A stretch of DNA of 64,000 nt from an uncultured bacterium (GTDB lineage: Bacteria; Zhuqueibacterota; QNDG01; DTFT01): NCBI GenBank assembly GCA_963736115.1, contig CAVTNR010000010.1:134071-198070 (forward strand), read 5' to 3'. Shown piece by piece: positions 54,926-64,000 of the stretch. Both the position numbers and the translations under genes were made by a program. The stretch's first letter is position 1. The number at the start of each line of letters is the position of its first letter. Under the pieces are notes generated by a model. It searched no databases and was not told the origin of the DNA. It was given only the letters and a program-made list of their open reading frames with translations.

Positions 54926-56251
54926 TCAATCCTTGTTTTTGTGGAACTTGCCCTCGAAGCAAAATGGCCGGAATGCTCGAAGCCATACTGCCATGGTTTC
55001 AATCCTTGTTTTTGTGGAACTTGCCCTCGAAGACGAGTACATGGGCGAGAATTTGATGTATCGTGTTTCAATCCTTGTTTTTGTGGAACTTGCCCTCGAA
55101 GGCCTACCTTTCTGATCATCCTTCTAATCTCTGTTTCAATCCTTGTTTTTGTGGAACTTGCCCTCGAAGTCCCTGTGCTTTGACTGAAGTTCAGGATTGC
55201 CCTCTGTTTCAATCCTTGTTTTTGTGGAACTTGCCCTCGAAGTCAGGTTCGCAGGGTTCTTTACAGACTACGTTGAGTTTCAATCCTTGTTTTTGTGGAA
55301 CTTGCCCTCGAAGAGAGAGATGAGCTACAATATCTATGGAATGGGTTTCAATCCTTGTTTTTGTGGAACTTGCCCTCGAAGCAACCTGCTGTAGTCTTCC
55401 AGCTGCACGTTCATGTTTCAATCCTTGTTTTTGTGGAACTTGCCCTCGAAGTTGCATGCCGATTACATGGACCTGCATGCATGATACGTTTCAATCCTTG
55501 TTTTTGTGGAACTTGCCCTCGAAGCGAGCAAAGTCGTGATCACTACGCACCGATTGCAGTTTCAATCCTTGTTTTTGTGGAACTTGCCCTCGAAGGTTAC
55601 TGACATGATACTTTTTTCTACTCTTGAGTTTCGAATCCTTGTTTTTGTGGAACTCGCCCTCGAACATAGATGGTGGCGACGCTGTCCGCGAACATGCATG
55701 TTTCAATCCTTGTTTTTGTGGAACTCGCCCTCGGAGTGTATACCATGTCTGTTCAATCATGCTCTGGCATTCGAGGGTTTCAATCCTTGTTTTTGTGGAA
55801 CTCGCCCTCGAACGTAGGTCAGGCGTTCGCACGCCCCTTTCAAGGTGACAGTTTCAATCCTTGTTTTTGTGGAACTCGCCCTCGGAGCGGACAACATAAT
55901 CTAGCAGGCTCTTAAATCGTAGTTTCAATCCTTGTTTTTGTGGAACTTGCCCTCGGAGTACTGGATAATGGAGATAAGTCTTGCAACCGCAGCATGAGTT
56001 TCAATCCTTGTTTTTGTGGAACTTGCCCTCGGATTGATGGCGAGATTTGCCAGTCACCTGTGCAACCACTGTTTCAATCCTTGTTTTTGTGGAACTCGCC
56101 CTCGAACTTCATCAAGAGGTCTAGCTAGACCACCTCTATCTGTTTCAATCCTTGTTTTTGTGGAACTCGCCCTCGGACGTCTTGCAAGGGAAGGGATGCT
56201 CATGCTTATTTTATGTTTCAATCCTTGTTTTTGTGGAACTCGCCCTCGGAC
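54926..56251 (-). CRISPR. CRISPR array, 19 repeats (first truncated) and 18 spacers of 31-40 nt; 37-nt repeat CTTCGAGGGCAAGTTCCACAAAAACAAGGATTGAAAC (minus strand)
   Basis: Repeat starts on +: 54926(partial), 54996, 55065, 55133, 55206, 55277, 55345, 55415, 55488, 55559, 55628, 55700, 55777, 55851, 55922, 55998, 56071, 56142, 56215. ATTGAAAC end is the I-B/III 5' handle, giving minus-strand transcription. Confidence 0.98.
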
Positions 56252-56410
56252 AGCGGCTTTTTTTCGTCCTTTTTCCGTTTCTCAGTGTCAAACAGGCCTT
56301 TTCCCACCCTCCCGCTGGCATTAGTGGAATTTATTAGATGGCTTATAAATTCATTCCGGCCAGGTGGGTCTAAAATTAGGCTCTCAGGCCCAAAAAAAGA
56401 TTACGCATAT
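56252..56410 (-). promoter_or_regulatory. CRISPR leader with archaeal BRE/TATA-like element
   Basis: Non-coding stretch between cas6 and the first repeat; minus strand GGAATGAA-TTTATAAG at about 56342-56357; A-rich runs next to the repeat. Confidence 0.7.
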
Positions 56411-57066
56411 TTATTTCAACCTTGCAACCGCCCCGTAACCTCTGGAGACTGACTTGCCCAGGCCCAGAAAGTCCGGGATGGTAAAGGTGTGGTGAACTCT
56501 CCTCGTATCCCCGTGACCTTTGTCCCCTTCAGCAGGCAGATCTCGTCCTGCATCCTGCCCACCTCCAGCCGAATGTGCTCCTTGGCCACGTAGCCCAGCC
56601 CCTTGGAGGCGGATAGAATGTTGCCAACCAATATTCTTCTCAGCAGATCTCTTCTCTCTTCTCTGTTTGCATTTAAATACTTGGGGTAGTTGTCCTGGCT
56701 CAGAGCCAACCAGGGAGTGGCGAAACTGTAGCTGTGGATCTCCTCAGAGCAGCCGAACTCCTCGCTCTTCAGGGTAATGCCACGCTCCATGATGCTGTAT
56801 TTGCTCTCGCCCAATTTTATCTCATCGAATTTATCGTAAATCTCTTTCAGGACCTCCGCGCCCTCATTGATGCCCAGGACCAGGGGACTGCCCTCCAGCA
56901 TCTTGTACTGGATGAGAGGATATTTGTAGATCAGCTTGTCTGTCACATGCTGGTGCAGCAGAGCATACTCATTGAAGCTGGTGGCAAAAAAGCCGCGTAT
57001 CTTGGCCGCGTCCCCGTGCATGGGCGCGTCCGAGTGCAGGGTGAGGCGGAGGATTTTGAGGATCAT
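56411..57066 (-). CDS. cas6: CRISPR endoribonuclease Cas6b
   Basis: KIRGFF..LLHQH..YKYPLIQYK, TPWLAL, ILVGNILS..KGLG. An indel near 56487 hides the G-loop FTIPDFLGLGKSVSRGYGAV. Confidence 0.9.
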
Positions 57067-57078
57067 GGCTATCCTGTC

Positions 57079-57298
57079 TTATCCGAAGAACTCTTCACGA
57101 CTAATCCCCGCCTCTTTTAGAATCTTCATTCAACAACCCTTTGGGAACATCATAACCATGAAATGGAACCACCGTTGACTTTTTGGTTTCAGGGTTGTGG
57201 TAAAAATGATGGCTGCCGCTGATTCTCTCCAGCTCAAAACCACATTTCTCAAGTATTTTAGCCAGCTTTTCCGGCGGGATGCAGGGTAGTTTAGCCAT
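57079..57298 (-). CDS. hicA: HicA family mRNA interferase toxin
   Basis: MAKLP..KILEKCGF..RISGSHHFYH..TVVPFH..DVPKGLL; after an indel KILKEAGISREEF*. Confidence 0.88.
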
Positions 57299-57334
57299 GC
57301 CAATCAGGAACATGCATTCAAGTTGCTTAAAAAT

Positions 57335-57571
57335 TTAAGCATTTGCCTCGACTGCAACGTGCATATCATCGAATCATCGGATTCTACCGGCACTTCTTCG
57401 CCGCGGGCGATCATGCAGGCTATAAAGCCCTCAATGGCCTCTTTTGCCATTGCCAGCGCCTCTTCAACCGTTCGCCCGAAGGTAGGCAACCTGGGAGAGA
57501 TGGCACAATCACCGTGTAAGTTCCATCTTCCTCTTTTCGGAGCATATTTTATAGCGTAATGTCTTCATCAT
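57335..57571 (-). CDS. hicB: Short HicB family antitoxin (no DNA-binding domain); indels
   Basis: RBS AGGAG; reconstructed YKI.LRKEEDGTYTVIVPSLPGC.TFGRTVEEALAMAKEAIEG..RGEEVP. Confidence 0.85.
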
Positions 57572-57689
57572 AGTAGTCTCCTATTCTGTATTGATATTTG
57601 ATGCTGTCTTTGATCTTGCGGCTTTGCGGGCTCCCGCGCATGGACGCGTGCGAGGGGAGGGTGAGGCGGAGGATTTTGAGATCCATCAT
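57549..57689 (-). pseudogene. Relic duplicate of the cas6 5' end
   Basis: MMDLKILRLTLPSHASMRG versus cas6 MILKILRLTLHSDAPMHG; 57633-57680 matches 57013-57060 at 43/48 nt. Confidence 0.75.
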
Positions 57690-57697
57690 GTCCTCGG

Positions 57698-60133
57698 TTA
57701 GAATATCAGATTTCCACCGATAGAATTCTTAGGATCAACATCCAGTCCTACACCATCTTGGTCATAAAATTGCTCGTCCAAAATTCTAAATTTTTTAATT
57801 TGATCGATTGTTAAATCATCAGGTCTAACGGGCATCCAACTTCTAAATTGCATACTAACAGAATTTGCTGCGATTCGTTTTCTAAGCCTTTTTATTGCGT
57901 AACGTCTTTGCCATCTATCTTCTATGGCTATCGCTTTTTGAAGTTCTTCTTTTAACCTTTCATCTAAAGAGGATACTATAAATTGTTCTTGATAATCATC
58001 TCCTCGTAACAATTTCTTTATATCTACAACTTCCTCTTTTCCCATCTCCACATACTTATGAGTATAGTTGGCATAAGCATTTACGATTTTCATGGATTGC
58101 CCCAAATTTGCCCTCATCGACTCAAAATATTTATATCCGAGATCAAAAAATAGTCTTTCTTCTATCTCAAGACCTACACTACTTAAACTGCGGGCTGTTG
58201 AATCCAATGCAATGCTGTCGTAAATCATTTCAGAAAAGGCTTTTCCTTTATCTGACTCTAGCCTAACAATTTCTACATGACCTATATCCTTTTTACCATT
58301 GCGATTACATCTACCGCATATTTGAAAAATGGAATCTACAGGTGCCCAATCTCGCACGATGTAATCTACATCGATGTCAACTCCTGCTTCAACGCATTGA
58401 GTTGTCACAATCAGAGGTTTTTCTTCATTGTCGATAGCTCTTTTTATTCTTAGTATCCGGTCGCTACGCTGGGAAGGCACAACAAGAGACGATAAATATA
58501 ATGTATGGCGTATCTCATTTATCTTTTTATATACTAATTTGCTGGTCTCTCTCGTGTTTAATACTATCATCATCGATTTATCTGCATGTTTATCCAAAAA
58601 TTCTGGCAATTCTTCTAAAAAGGACTGAAATTGCTTTTTCTCTGGGTTTATATGTAGTTTAACTCTTCTACGATTTTCAAAATACCCTCTGCAATCCGGA
58701 ACTCTTTCTATCGCATCAGGCAAGAATCCAGGTTGTGTTGCCGACATTAATAGGATATGCGTGTTCCCTATCACAGACAATATTCTAAAGAATCTTTCGA
58801 AAGGTTTCCAAAGTTCTGAAGGTAACGCCTGGACCTCATCAAATATAATTATGGAGTTGAAGAGATTATGGAATCTCATAAGCGGCTTGGATCTTAGGGA
58901 GAATACAGAGTAAAGTAGCTGATCAAAAGTTGAAACGATTATTTCAGCATTCCAAATATTCAAGAAAAAATCTACGGAGTTGTCGCTTCGTTCTGTATCG
59001 TCAACGCCATCGCGATATTTGAAATCAGCTATGGAATAGGTTGGAATGTACAATCTATCCTCGTATTGACTATATAGTTCGCCTAAAATGTTTTTATAAA
59101 TTTCGTCGGTTTGCTCGATGATGGAGAGAAATGGGAGTGATATGATTATCTTTGGAGAGAATCCTTTTTCTTTTTGAATTCTATTTCTAAGTTTTAGTGC
59201 CCAAGACGCAGATAACAAGGTCTTTCCTAAACCTGTTGGTAGGGTAATAGAGTGAAGTCGTTGATTTAGCGGAAATTGGCTAACATCTCGAATTGTCTCC
59301 CTATAAGCTCTATTTCTTTCATCATCTATCGACTTACCACCTTTTAATTTTTTTAGATGTTCATCTACGAGGTTATCTGGAATTTGGATTGAGGTTCTTT
59401 CATATTGATCAACATTGTCTGATGCTAGATACGCCTTATCTGCCTCTAATAGTATAGAATATAATAATAACGCTAAAAGCCTATGCTCTATCTGGATATC
59501 TAACCATTTATCTTTGTCGTATCCTTTAGGTATTTTCCCATATTCTCGGTGCAATTTTCTAAATTTACTTGATATAGACTCTATTTTGTTGATATCAAAA
59601 TCTGCCGCTTCTGAAAAATTGATATCATTGAACTCATAATTGAATATTTCAGGCTTAACGCTTTTGATTTGCTTTTCCAACAAACTATAATTTTCATTAA
59701 TGCCCTTCAATGCTTCATCGATGCTTTTATATGTCCCATGATGCCCCTCTATTGCCAGGTAAATTGCGAACGGTAAAAAGGATCTCCAATGATCTTCCAA
59801 TTGATTTTTTAGGAGCCATTTTTGTGCCATATAGCATCCAAAAAAGGCTGAAATAAGAGAATGTGATTTTTCTTTAGCAGTTCCATTATAATCTTTATTC
59901 TCTGCTATGCTATTTATATATTCTTGGAAGAATGATGTACTTTTCCCAAAATCATGACATGCTGCAACTAAGATACAAAGTTCCCCTATTTGTTGTGTAG
60001 ATATCCCATTAAAACTTAGCGACTTTTGAGATATTAGAGAGCTTGCAGCTCGTACAACTTGATTTATGTGATCCTTTAATTTCAGGGTTTTATTTAATGA
60101 ATGGGAGACAAGTTGGTATTCCATAGTCATCAC
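57698..60133 (-). CDS. cas3: Cas3 HD nuclease/helicase
   Basis: LKDH, CHDFGK, GHH, LPTGLGKT, DEVQ, MSAT, QCVEAGVDID, QICGRCNR. Confidence 0.95.
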   Translation of the reverse strand: MMTMEYQLVSHSLNKTLKLKDHINQVVRAASSLISQKSLSFNGISTQQIGELCILVAACHDFGKSTSFFQEYINSIAENKDYNGTAKEKSHSLISAFFGCYMAQKWLLKNQLEDHWRSFLPFAIYLAIEGHHGTYKSIDEALKGINENYSLLEKQIKSVKPEIFNYEFNDINFSEAADFDINKIESISSKFRKLHREYGKIPKGYDKDKWLDIQIEHRLLALLLYSILLEADKAYLASDNVDQYERTSIQIPDNLVDEHLKKLKGGKSIDDERNRAYRETIRDVSQFPLNQRLHSITLPTGLGKTLLSASWALKLRNRIQKEKGFSPKIIISLPFLSIIEQTDEIYKNILGELYSQYEDRLYIPTYSIADFKYRDGVDDTERSDNSVDFFLNIWNAEIIVSTFDQLLYSVFSLRSKPLMRFHNLFNSIIIFDEVQALPSELWKPFERFFRILSVIGNTHILLMSATQPGFLPDAIERVPDCRGYFENRRRVKLHINPEKKQFQSFLEELPEFLDKHADKSMMIVLNTRETSKLVYKKINEIRHTLYLSSLVVPSQRSDRILRIKRAIDNEEKPLIVTTQCVEAGVDIDVDYIVRDWAPVDSIFQICGRCNRNGKKDIGHVEIVRLESDKGKAFSEMIYDSIALDSTARSLSSVGLEIEERLFFDLGYKYFESMRANLGQSMKIVNAYANYTHKYVEMGKEEVVDIKKLLRGDDYQEQFIVSSLDERLKEELQKAIAIEDRWQRRYAIKRLRKRIAANSVSMQFRSWMPVRPDDLTIDQIKKFRILDEQFYDQDGVGLDVDPKNSIGGNLIF

Positions 60134-60135
60134 TC

Positions 60136-60921
60136 TTAAAGAAACGTAATAATTTTATCCATAAATTGATATGGAGCGATGTTCATCCTAATAGGTAACG
60201 GTTTGGGAAGCATATTCATTAAATAGTACTTAAGTGTGAATATCCTATCAGAAGTCGCGCTATAGGGAGCTTTAACCTCTTGGATCTGATGCCCATCATC
60301 GGGCTTCAGGAGTTCAAATTGTAAAGAACATTCCTTTTTGGATATAACTGTGGATACCTCATAATCTCCTGGGCTCAAAGGTTCAGCTGATCCGCATGAA
60401 ATGTATTCTAATTTTGCAAAAAATTCCGACAATCCTATTGCAGGTGTATAAAAATATCTCTCATTTTTTATTCTATTTGTTAATTCATCCATATCATATT
60501 TTAGATTGATATATAGTAGGAACGATGGATTCCTTAAGAGTTCCATTGGTATCTGTGTTGCTTTGTTCCACTCAGGAGTGTTCTTCAATTTAGCTGGCTT
60601 CCAATTCTTTTTCGGACGCTTAATCGAATAGTCCACTCCACCAGAACCATCTTGCCTAAGATTTGTTACATGAGTTATTGTTTTTGTACTTTCTTCTATT
60701 TCAACTGCTGCTTTTAAATTATTTTCGTCGAATTTATCAGCAATTTCTTCCTTTGGGATGCCAAGAATTGCTCCCAATAATCCTGCTATTGCTGTCCTTG
60801 GTGGAAAAGGATAAGAAAACGATGATACATTGCTATACGGCTTTCTAAAATGACCATATTTTCCAGAGTATCGAAAAGAAACTATAGGGATGGAATCCAT
60901 ATCAATCCCTCTCTTAACCAA
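60136..60921 (-). CDS. cas5: Type I-B Cas5
   Basis: GKYGHFRKP..SYPFPPRTAIAGLLGAILG, ELLRNP, YTPAIGLSEF. Confidence 0.92.
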   Translation of the reverse strand: MVKRGIDMDSIPIVSFRYSGKYGHFRKPYSNVSSFSYPFPPRTAIAGLLGAILGIPKEEIADKFDENNLKAAVEIEESTKTITHVTNLRQDGSGGVDYSIKRPKKNWKPAKLKNTPEWNKATQIPMELLRNPSFLLYINLKYDMDELTNRIKNERYFYTPAIGLSEFFAKLEYISCGSAEPLSPGDYEVSTVISKKECSLQFELLKPDDGHQIQEVKAPYSATSDRIFTLKYYLMNMLPKPLPIRMNIAPYQFMDKIITFL

Positions 60922-62011
60922 GCCTATCGATATCTAGGTTTACAACTTTCTCCGCTCCAATTTCTGCCTTTAAATTGGAGAACAAATCCACACAGTAGAG
61001 CTTTTCGAACTCAGGTGATAAGCAATATTCTATACGTTCTATCTTATCTTTAGCTCTTTTTATAGATTCAATCAATTTGGTGAAATCAAGAGTATAATCT
61101 CCTATCTTCCGGATATTTATTTCTTCTTTTACATTTGGCGTTGGCTTCAATGTGACCTTTTCTTCCAATCCACCAATATGATATTCCGTAGGGATTTCCT
61201 TTTCCATGCCATTCTCATTTACTTTGATCCTATCTTTATATACTATATTTAGAAGCATTCTTGGCTGTTGGTCTCGCTTAGTGCGAGTATGAGCAGACGT
61301 GGTTTCTCTAATGCCTTTCCAAAGTGCAATTTTGAACTTACTGAGATCATCTTCAGTTAGCCCTGTTGTAATAGCCGCATTCTCATTAGCAATCCCATGA
61401 AATCCAATAAGCCCATAAGGAATGGCGTAATATGTTGTGAATGTCCCCATTTTCTGTTCAGAGTCCTCTGTCTCTCCTTTTGATCTAAATATACTCGTAC
61501 CATGGAATGTTACTTCTTCTACTTTGTTCAGTGTTTCGCCAAAGTTGATCTGAATTGGACCTGTAACTTTGCTTGTCTCGCCCCAGGCATCTGGTGCACC
61601 TTTAAAAGCAAGAGGACTTCCAAACATCCTTAGATCTATAAAATTTGTTAACAGGAACTTCATTAGATCATTACCATCTAAATTATTTTTTTCCAGCCGA
61701 TCTCGAACTCTGTCGGTGAGATTTACAGTTTTGGAACCTAGCTTTGTTACCAGGACGTAATCTTCACCTTTTGTTTGTATTAAATAATCTCTTATGAATC
61801 TTTTTAATCTTACATCAGTGACATAGCAATGTTTAGTAACGTCATCGATACGTGGTCTGTTCTCATCGGGATCGCCATTAGGATTCCCATTTTTAATATC
61901 ATACATGAAGAGGAATTCATTTCTATTTTCTATACTAATTTTTTCATTAGTTTCCGCGAATTGTTTTGCAGAATCTAGTTCTTGTGTATTTTCATCAGTC
62001 ATTTTAATCAC
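60914..62011 (-). CDS. cas7: Type I-B Cas7 (Csh2)
   Basis: NPNGDP.ENRPRID, VTDVRLKR.IRD, IDLRMFG, TGPIQ. Confidence 0.93.
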   Translation of the reverse strand: MIKMTDENTQELDSAKQFAETNEKISIENRNEFLFMYDIKNGNPNGDPDENRPRIDDVTKHCYVTDVRLKRFIRDYLIQTKGEDYVLVTKLGSKTVNLTDRVRDRLEKNNLDGNDLMKFLLTNFIDLRMFGSPLAFKGAPDAWGETSKVTGPIQINFGETLNKVEEVTFHGTSIFRSKGETEDSEQKMGTFTTYYAIPYGLIGFHGIANENAAITTGLTEDDLSKFKIALWKGIRETTSAHTRTKRDQQPRMLLNIVYKDRIKVNENGMEKEIPTEYHIGGLEEKVTLKPTPNVKEEINIRKIGDYTLDFTKLIESIKRAKDKIERIEYCLSPEFEKLYCVDLFSNLKAEIGAEKVVNLDIDRLG

Positions 62012-63957
62012 TCCTTTGAGATTGATCCTCTTTGCCTTTGCTCGGGAGATAATATCCTGATAGGCTCTGTCCTAAACATAAGTAGTAGGCTATTTCTTTC
62101 CGATCTATATCCCATTTATCAATATCCGAGCCAAGTGCTCCAATTGCCTCAGCTACTCCTCGCATCTCTCCCGACCATGCACTTTTTGGCGCACTGTAGT
62201 CGTCCAGCTTTCTCGATGTCTTCACAAATATTTCCATCAAATCATTTTGGCTTATCTGTAGCCCGTTCAACCATTTCAAAGCGTTGGCCGAGATTTGTTT
62301 TGCAAGCTGAATGCTTACTAATTTTCCCAGAAGTAATCCCAATAAAAATGCGTATTCTTTTTCTTTTGTATCCAAGCCTCTGGCTTCATTGCTTAGGAAG
62401 TCGTTCAATGGTCCCAGGCCGTCATGCTTTTCAAGATACTTATTCACGAAATTATTTCCTGAATTCATACCGATCACATCCAACTTCTCTAAAAATAAGA
62501 GTAAATAAATCATTCTAGCTATATTATTTCTGGATAAAATATATTTTTTCATCGTCTTTCGAAGCCCCCAAAAAATCATAAGACAATTTCGAGGAAAATT
62601 CAGCTAATAAATCTTTCAATGGATAGGCTCTTTTAAGGAAGATTGCATTTAGGATATCTAAGCTATTAACAAATGATGCTTTATATGGGTTCCTTTTGCC
62701 TTTAGGAGGCTTCATATATTTGGGCATCCCCAGTGCGTCTTGTATTATGCGAAGATTCCCATTAAGTGGTGGTAGATTAAGCTTCCAAGGATGACTTATT
62801 GAATACTTATCATTTGCTAAATTTGTCTCACCAATAGCCCACCCAATTTTAGAGAGTCTCGATGGGACAACATCTGGAATGACCTTTCTTATATTTTCTA
62901 TGCTCTGACCTGCCACGTCACCCATTAAGAATGTAACCGTAGCTATGCCCTCATTTTCAGATAAATCGATAATAATATCTTTTTCTGTCCTTTCAGCGCC
63001 AACCAGATTCTTTTTAAGTAGCTCAAGTGAGGATTTGACAATTTTTAATCCGTCTTGCATATCATTACTTTTAATTAAGTGGGGAATAATTATAGTTTGA
63101 TATCCGGCAATATTTTGGCGAAGCTTTGTAGTGCTGCCAAATACATGAAATTTTGCCGCGTACAAAGCTTCTGCACACGATGCACATATTGGAAATCCTT
63201 TGCTTGAGTTTTCTATGGAGACGTCAGGAAAGAACACTGGTTTATCCACATTTGCAATATTTATGCCTGCACCAGAAAGTACATTGGGATACAATTCTCC
63301 CTCAAAGTTGCATAAAATGCATTTAATACCTGGATAACTGAATGATTTAGCTTTATCAGTCTGAAAAATCATTTTTGGTTTATTTTTTAATGCAAAATCT
63401 AGGAGCTCTTTGATTTGAGAATTATATTCGCCATTAATCTTCACTGAAAAAACTTTTAACTTTTTGTTCTTTTTCGACCAATCTATAACCTCAAAAAACG
63501 ATTTCTTATCTAAGGTTCCATTTTTGTCCAATTCACCTATCTCAATATCTTTTGCAGCAAATATTTTTACTGTTTTTTGTAACCAATCGGCATCATTATG
63601 CTTAGCCTCTTCAATATATTTCTCTACTGTCTTTTTAAGTTTACTTTGGCTTTCTTTCCAAGTAGGCGTTATGTATGTTCCTTGTGATGCAGTCTTTAGG
63701 AATAAATATTTCCAGCTATCTTCTGTGACTTTTTCTTCTTCGAATTTTATTCTTCCATATTCATCAATAGCAAATATTCCTATTCGATCGGAGGTTATAG
63801 GTTCAAACTGAAGTTTTGCATAGTCTCCACTTTCAATAGCCCTCTTTCTCTGTTCCAAAAAAGATTCAACTGAATCTAAGGCACTAGGATCAAATTCAAT
63901 TTCCTGAAATACATCAATCATTTTTAGAATGCCCAGATTTCTTATCGCTTCTAGCAT
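62004..63957 (-). CDS. cas8b: Type I-B Cas8b (Csh1/TM1802-like), split by an indel in an A-run near 62540
   Basis: MLEAIRNLG start, CILC and FPICASC Zn motifs, IIPH, DVVPSRL; C-terminal part AFLLGLLLGKL..Q, YYLCLG; position before cas7. Confidence 0.85.
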
Positions 63958-64000
63958 CAAACCACTTCGTTCTTTTTGCTTTTCCTTTATATTTTACAGG

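Noticed and set aside
54924-54927. GATC at junction 2 as a restriction-ligation scar
   Set aside because: The intact repeat reads TTTC, not GATC, so that side could not have been cut there.
54135-54986. ORF fusing CRISPR repeat/spacer codons to an oxidoreductase
   Set aside because: The first 20 or so codons are spacer plus repeat sequence; this is a by-product of the junction.
54960-56214. Self-targeting or duplicated spacers
   Set aside because: No match was noticed within the window by eye; a real alignment is needed to exclude it.
54775-56452. Many ORFs with repeated peptides (FQSLFLWNLPSK, VSILVFVELALE)
   Set aside because: They are translations of the CRISPR repeat, not a repeat protein.
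57299-57697. CreTA/CreR-like degenerate mini-repeat RNA in the cas operon
   Set aside because: No repeat-like sequence (e.g. ATTGAAAC) was seen in the intergenic gaps by eye. The region upstream of cas8b is outside the window.
7068-63957. Frameshifts in ttcA, rpiA, mobB, moeA, acylase, cas6, hicA, hicB and cas8b as pseudogenes or programmed frameshifting
   Set aside because: They hit housekeeping genes, occur in all three segments (also GH5 and the Cache sensor) and often fall in homopolymers. Sequencing indels are the simplest explanation.

Overview
The window looks like three unrelated DNAs joined end to end, with many single-base indels typical of long-read data. Segment A (1-5678) is GC-rich, from an FCB/KSB1-like bacterium. 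It holds a GH5 glycosidase with a T9SS-type sorting tail, TfoX, PhzF and an unusual 5'-truncated membrane sensor (Cache-TM-PAS-PAS-CBS-CBS-DUF294 nucleotidyltransferase). Segment B (5679-54925) is ordinary Hyphomicrobiales/Rhizobiaceae-like chromosome: potA, ttcA, rpsD, murI, class II DAHP synthase, gor, rpiA, gph, GGDEF/EAL, class I fumarase, moaA/fdhD/mobAB/moeA, ade, dusA and a sugar-oxidoreductase locus. Segment C (54926-64000) is a methanogen-like (Methanothrix/Methanosarcinales-type) type I-B CRISPR-Cas locus. On the minus strand it reads cas8b-cas7-cas5-cas3-[relic cas6 start]-hicB-hicA-cas6b-leader-array (19 repeats, 18 spacers). Most notable points: a hicBA toxin-antitoxin pair sits inside the cas operon, bracketed by duplicated cas6 5' ends, where cas4/1/2 normally lie; the leader-proximal repeats are a mosaic of variants while the distal repeats are uniform; and the Cache/PAS/CBS-nucleotidyltransferase sensor. 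No rRNA or tRNA was recognised. All calls come from motif recognition by eye; no searches were run.
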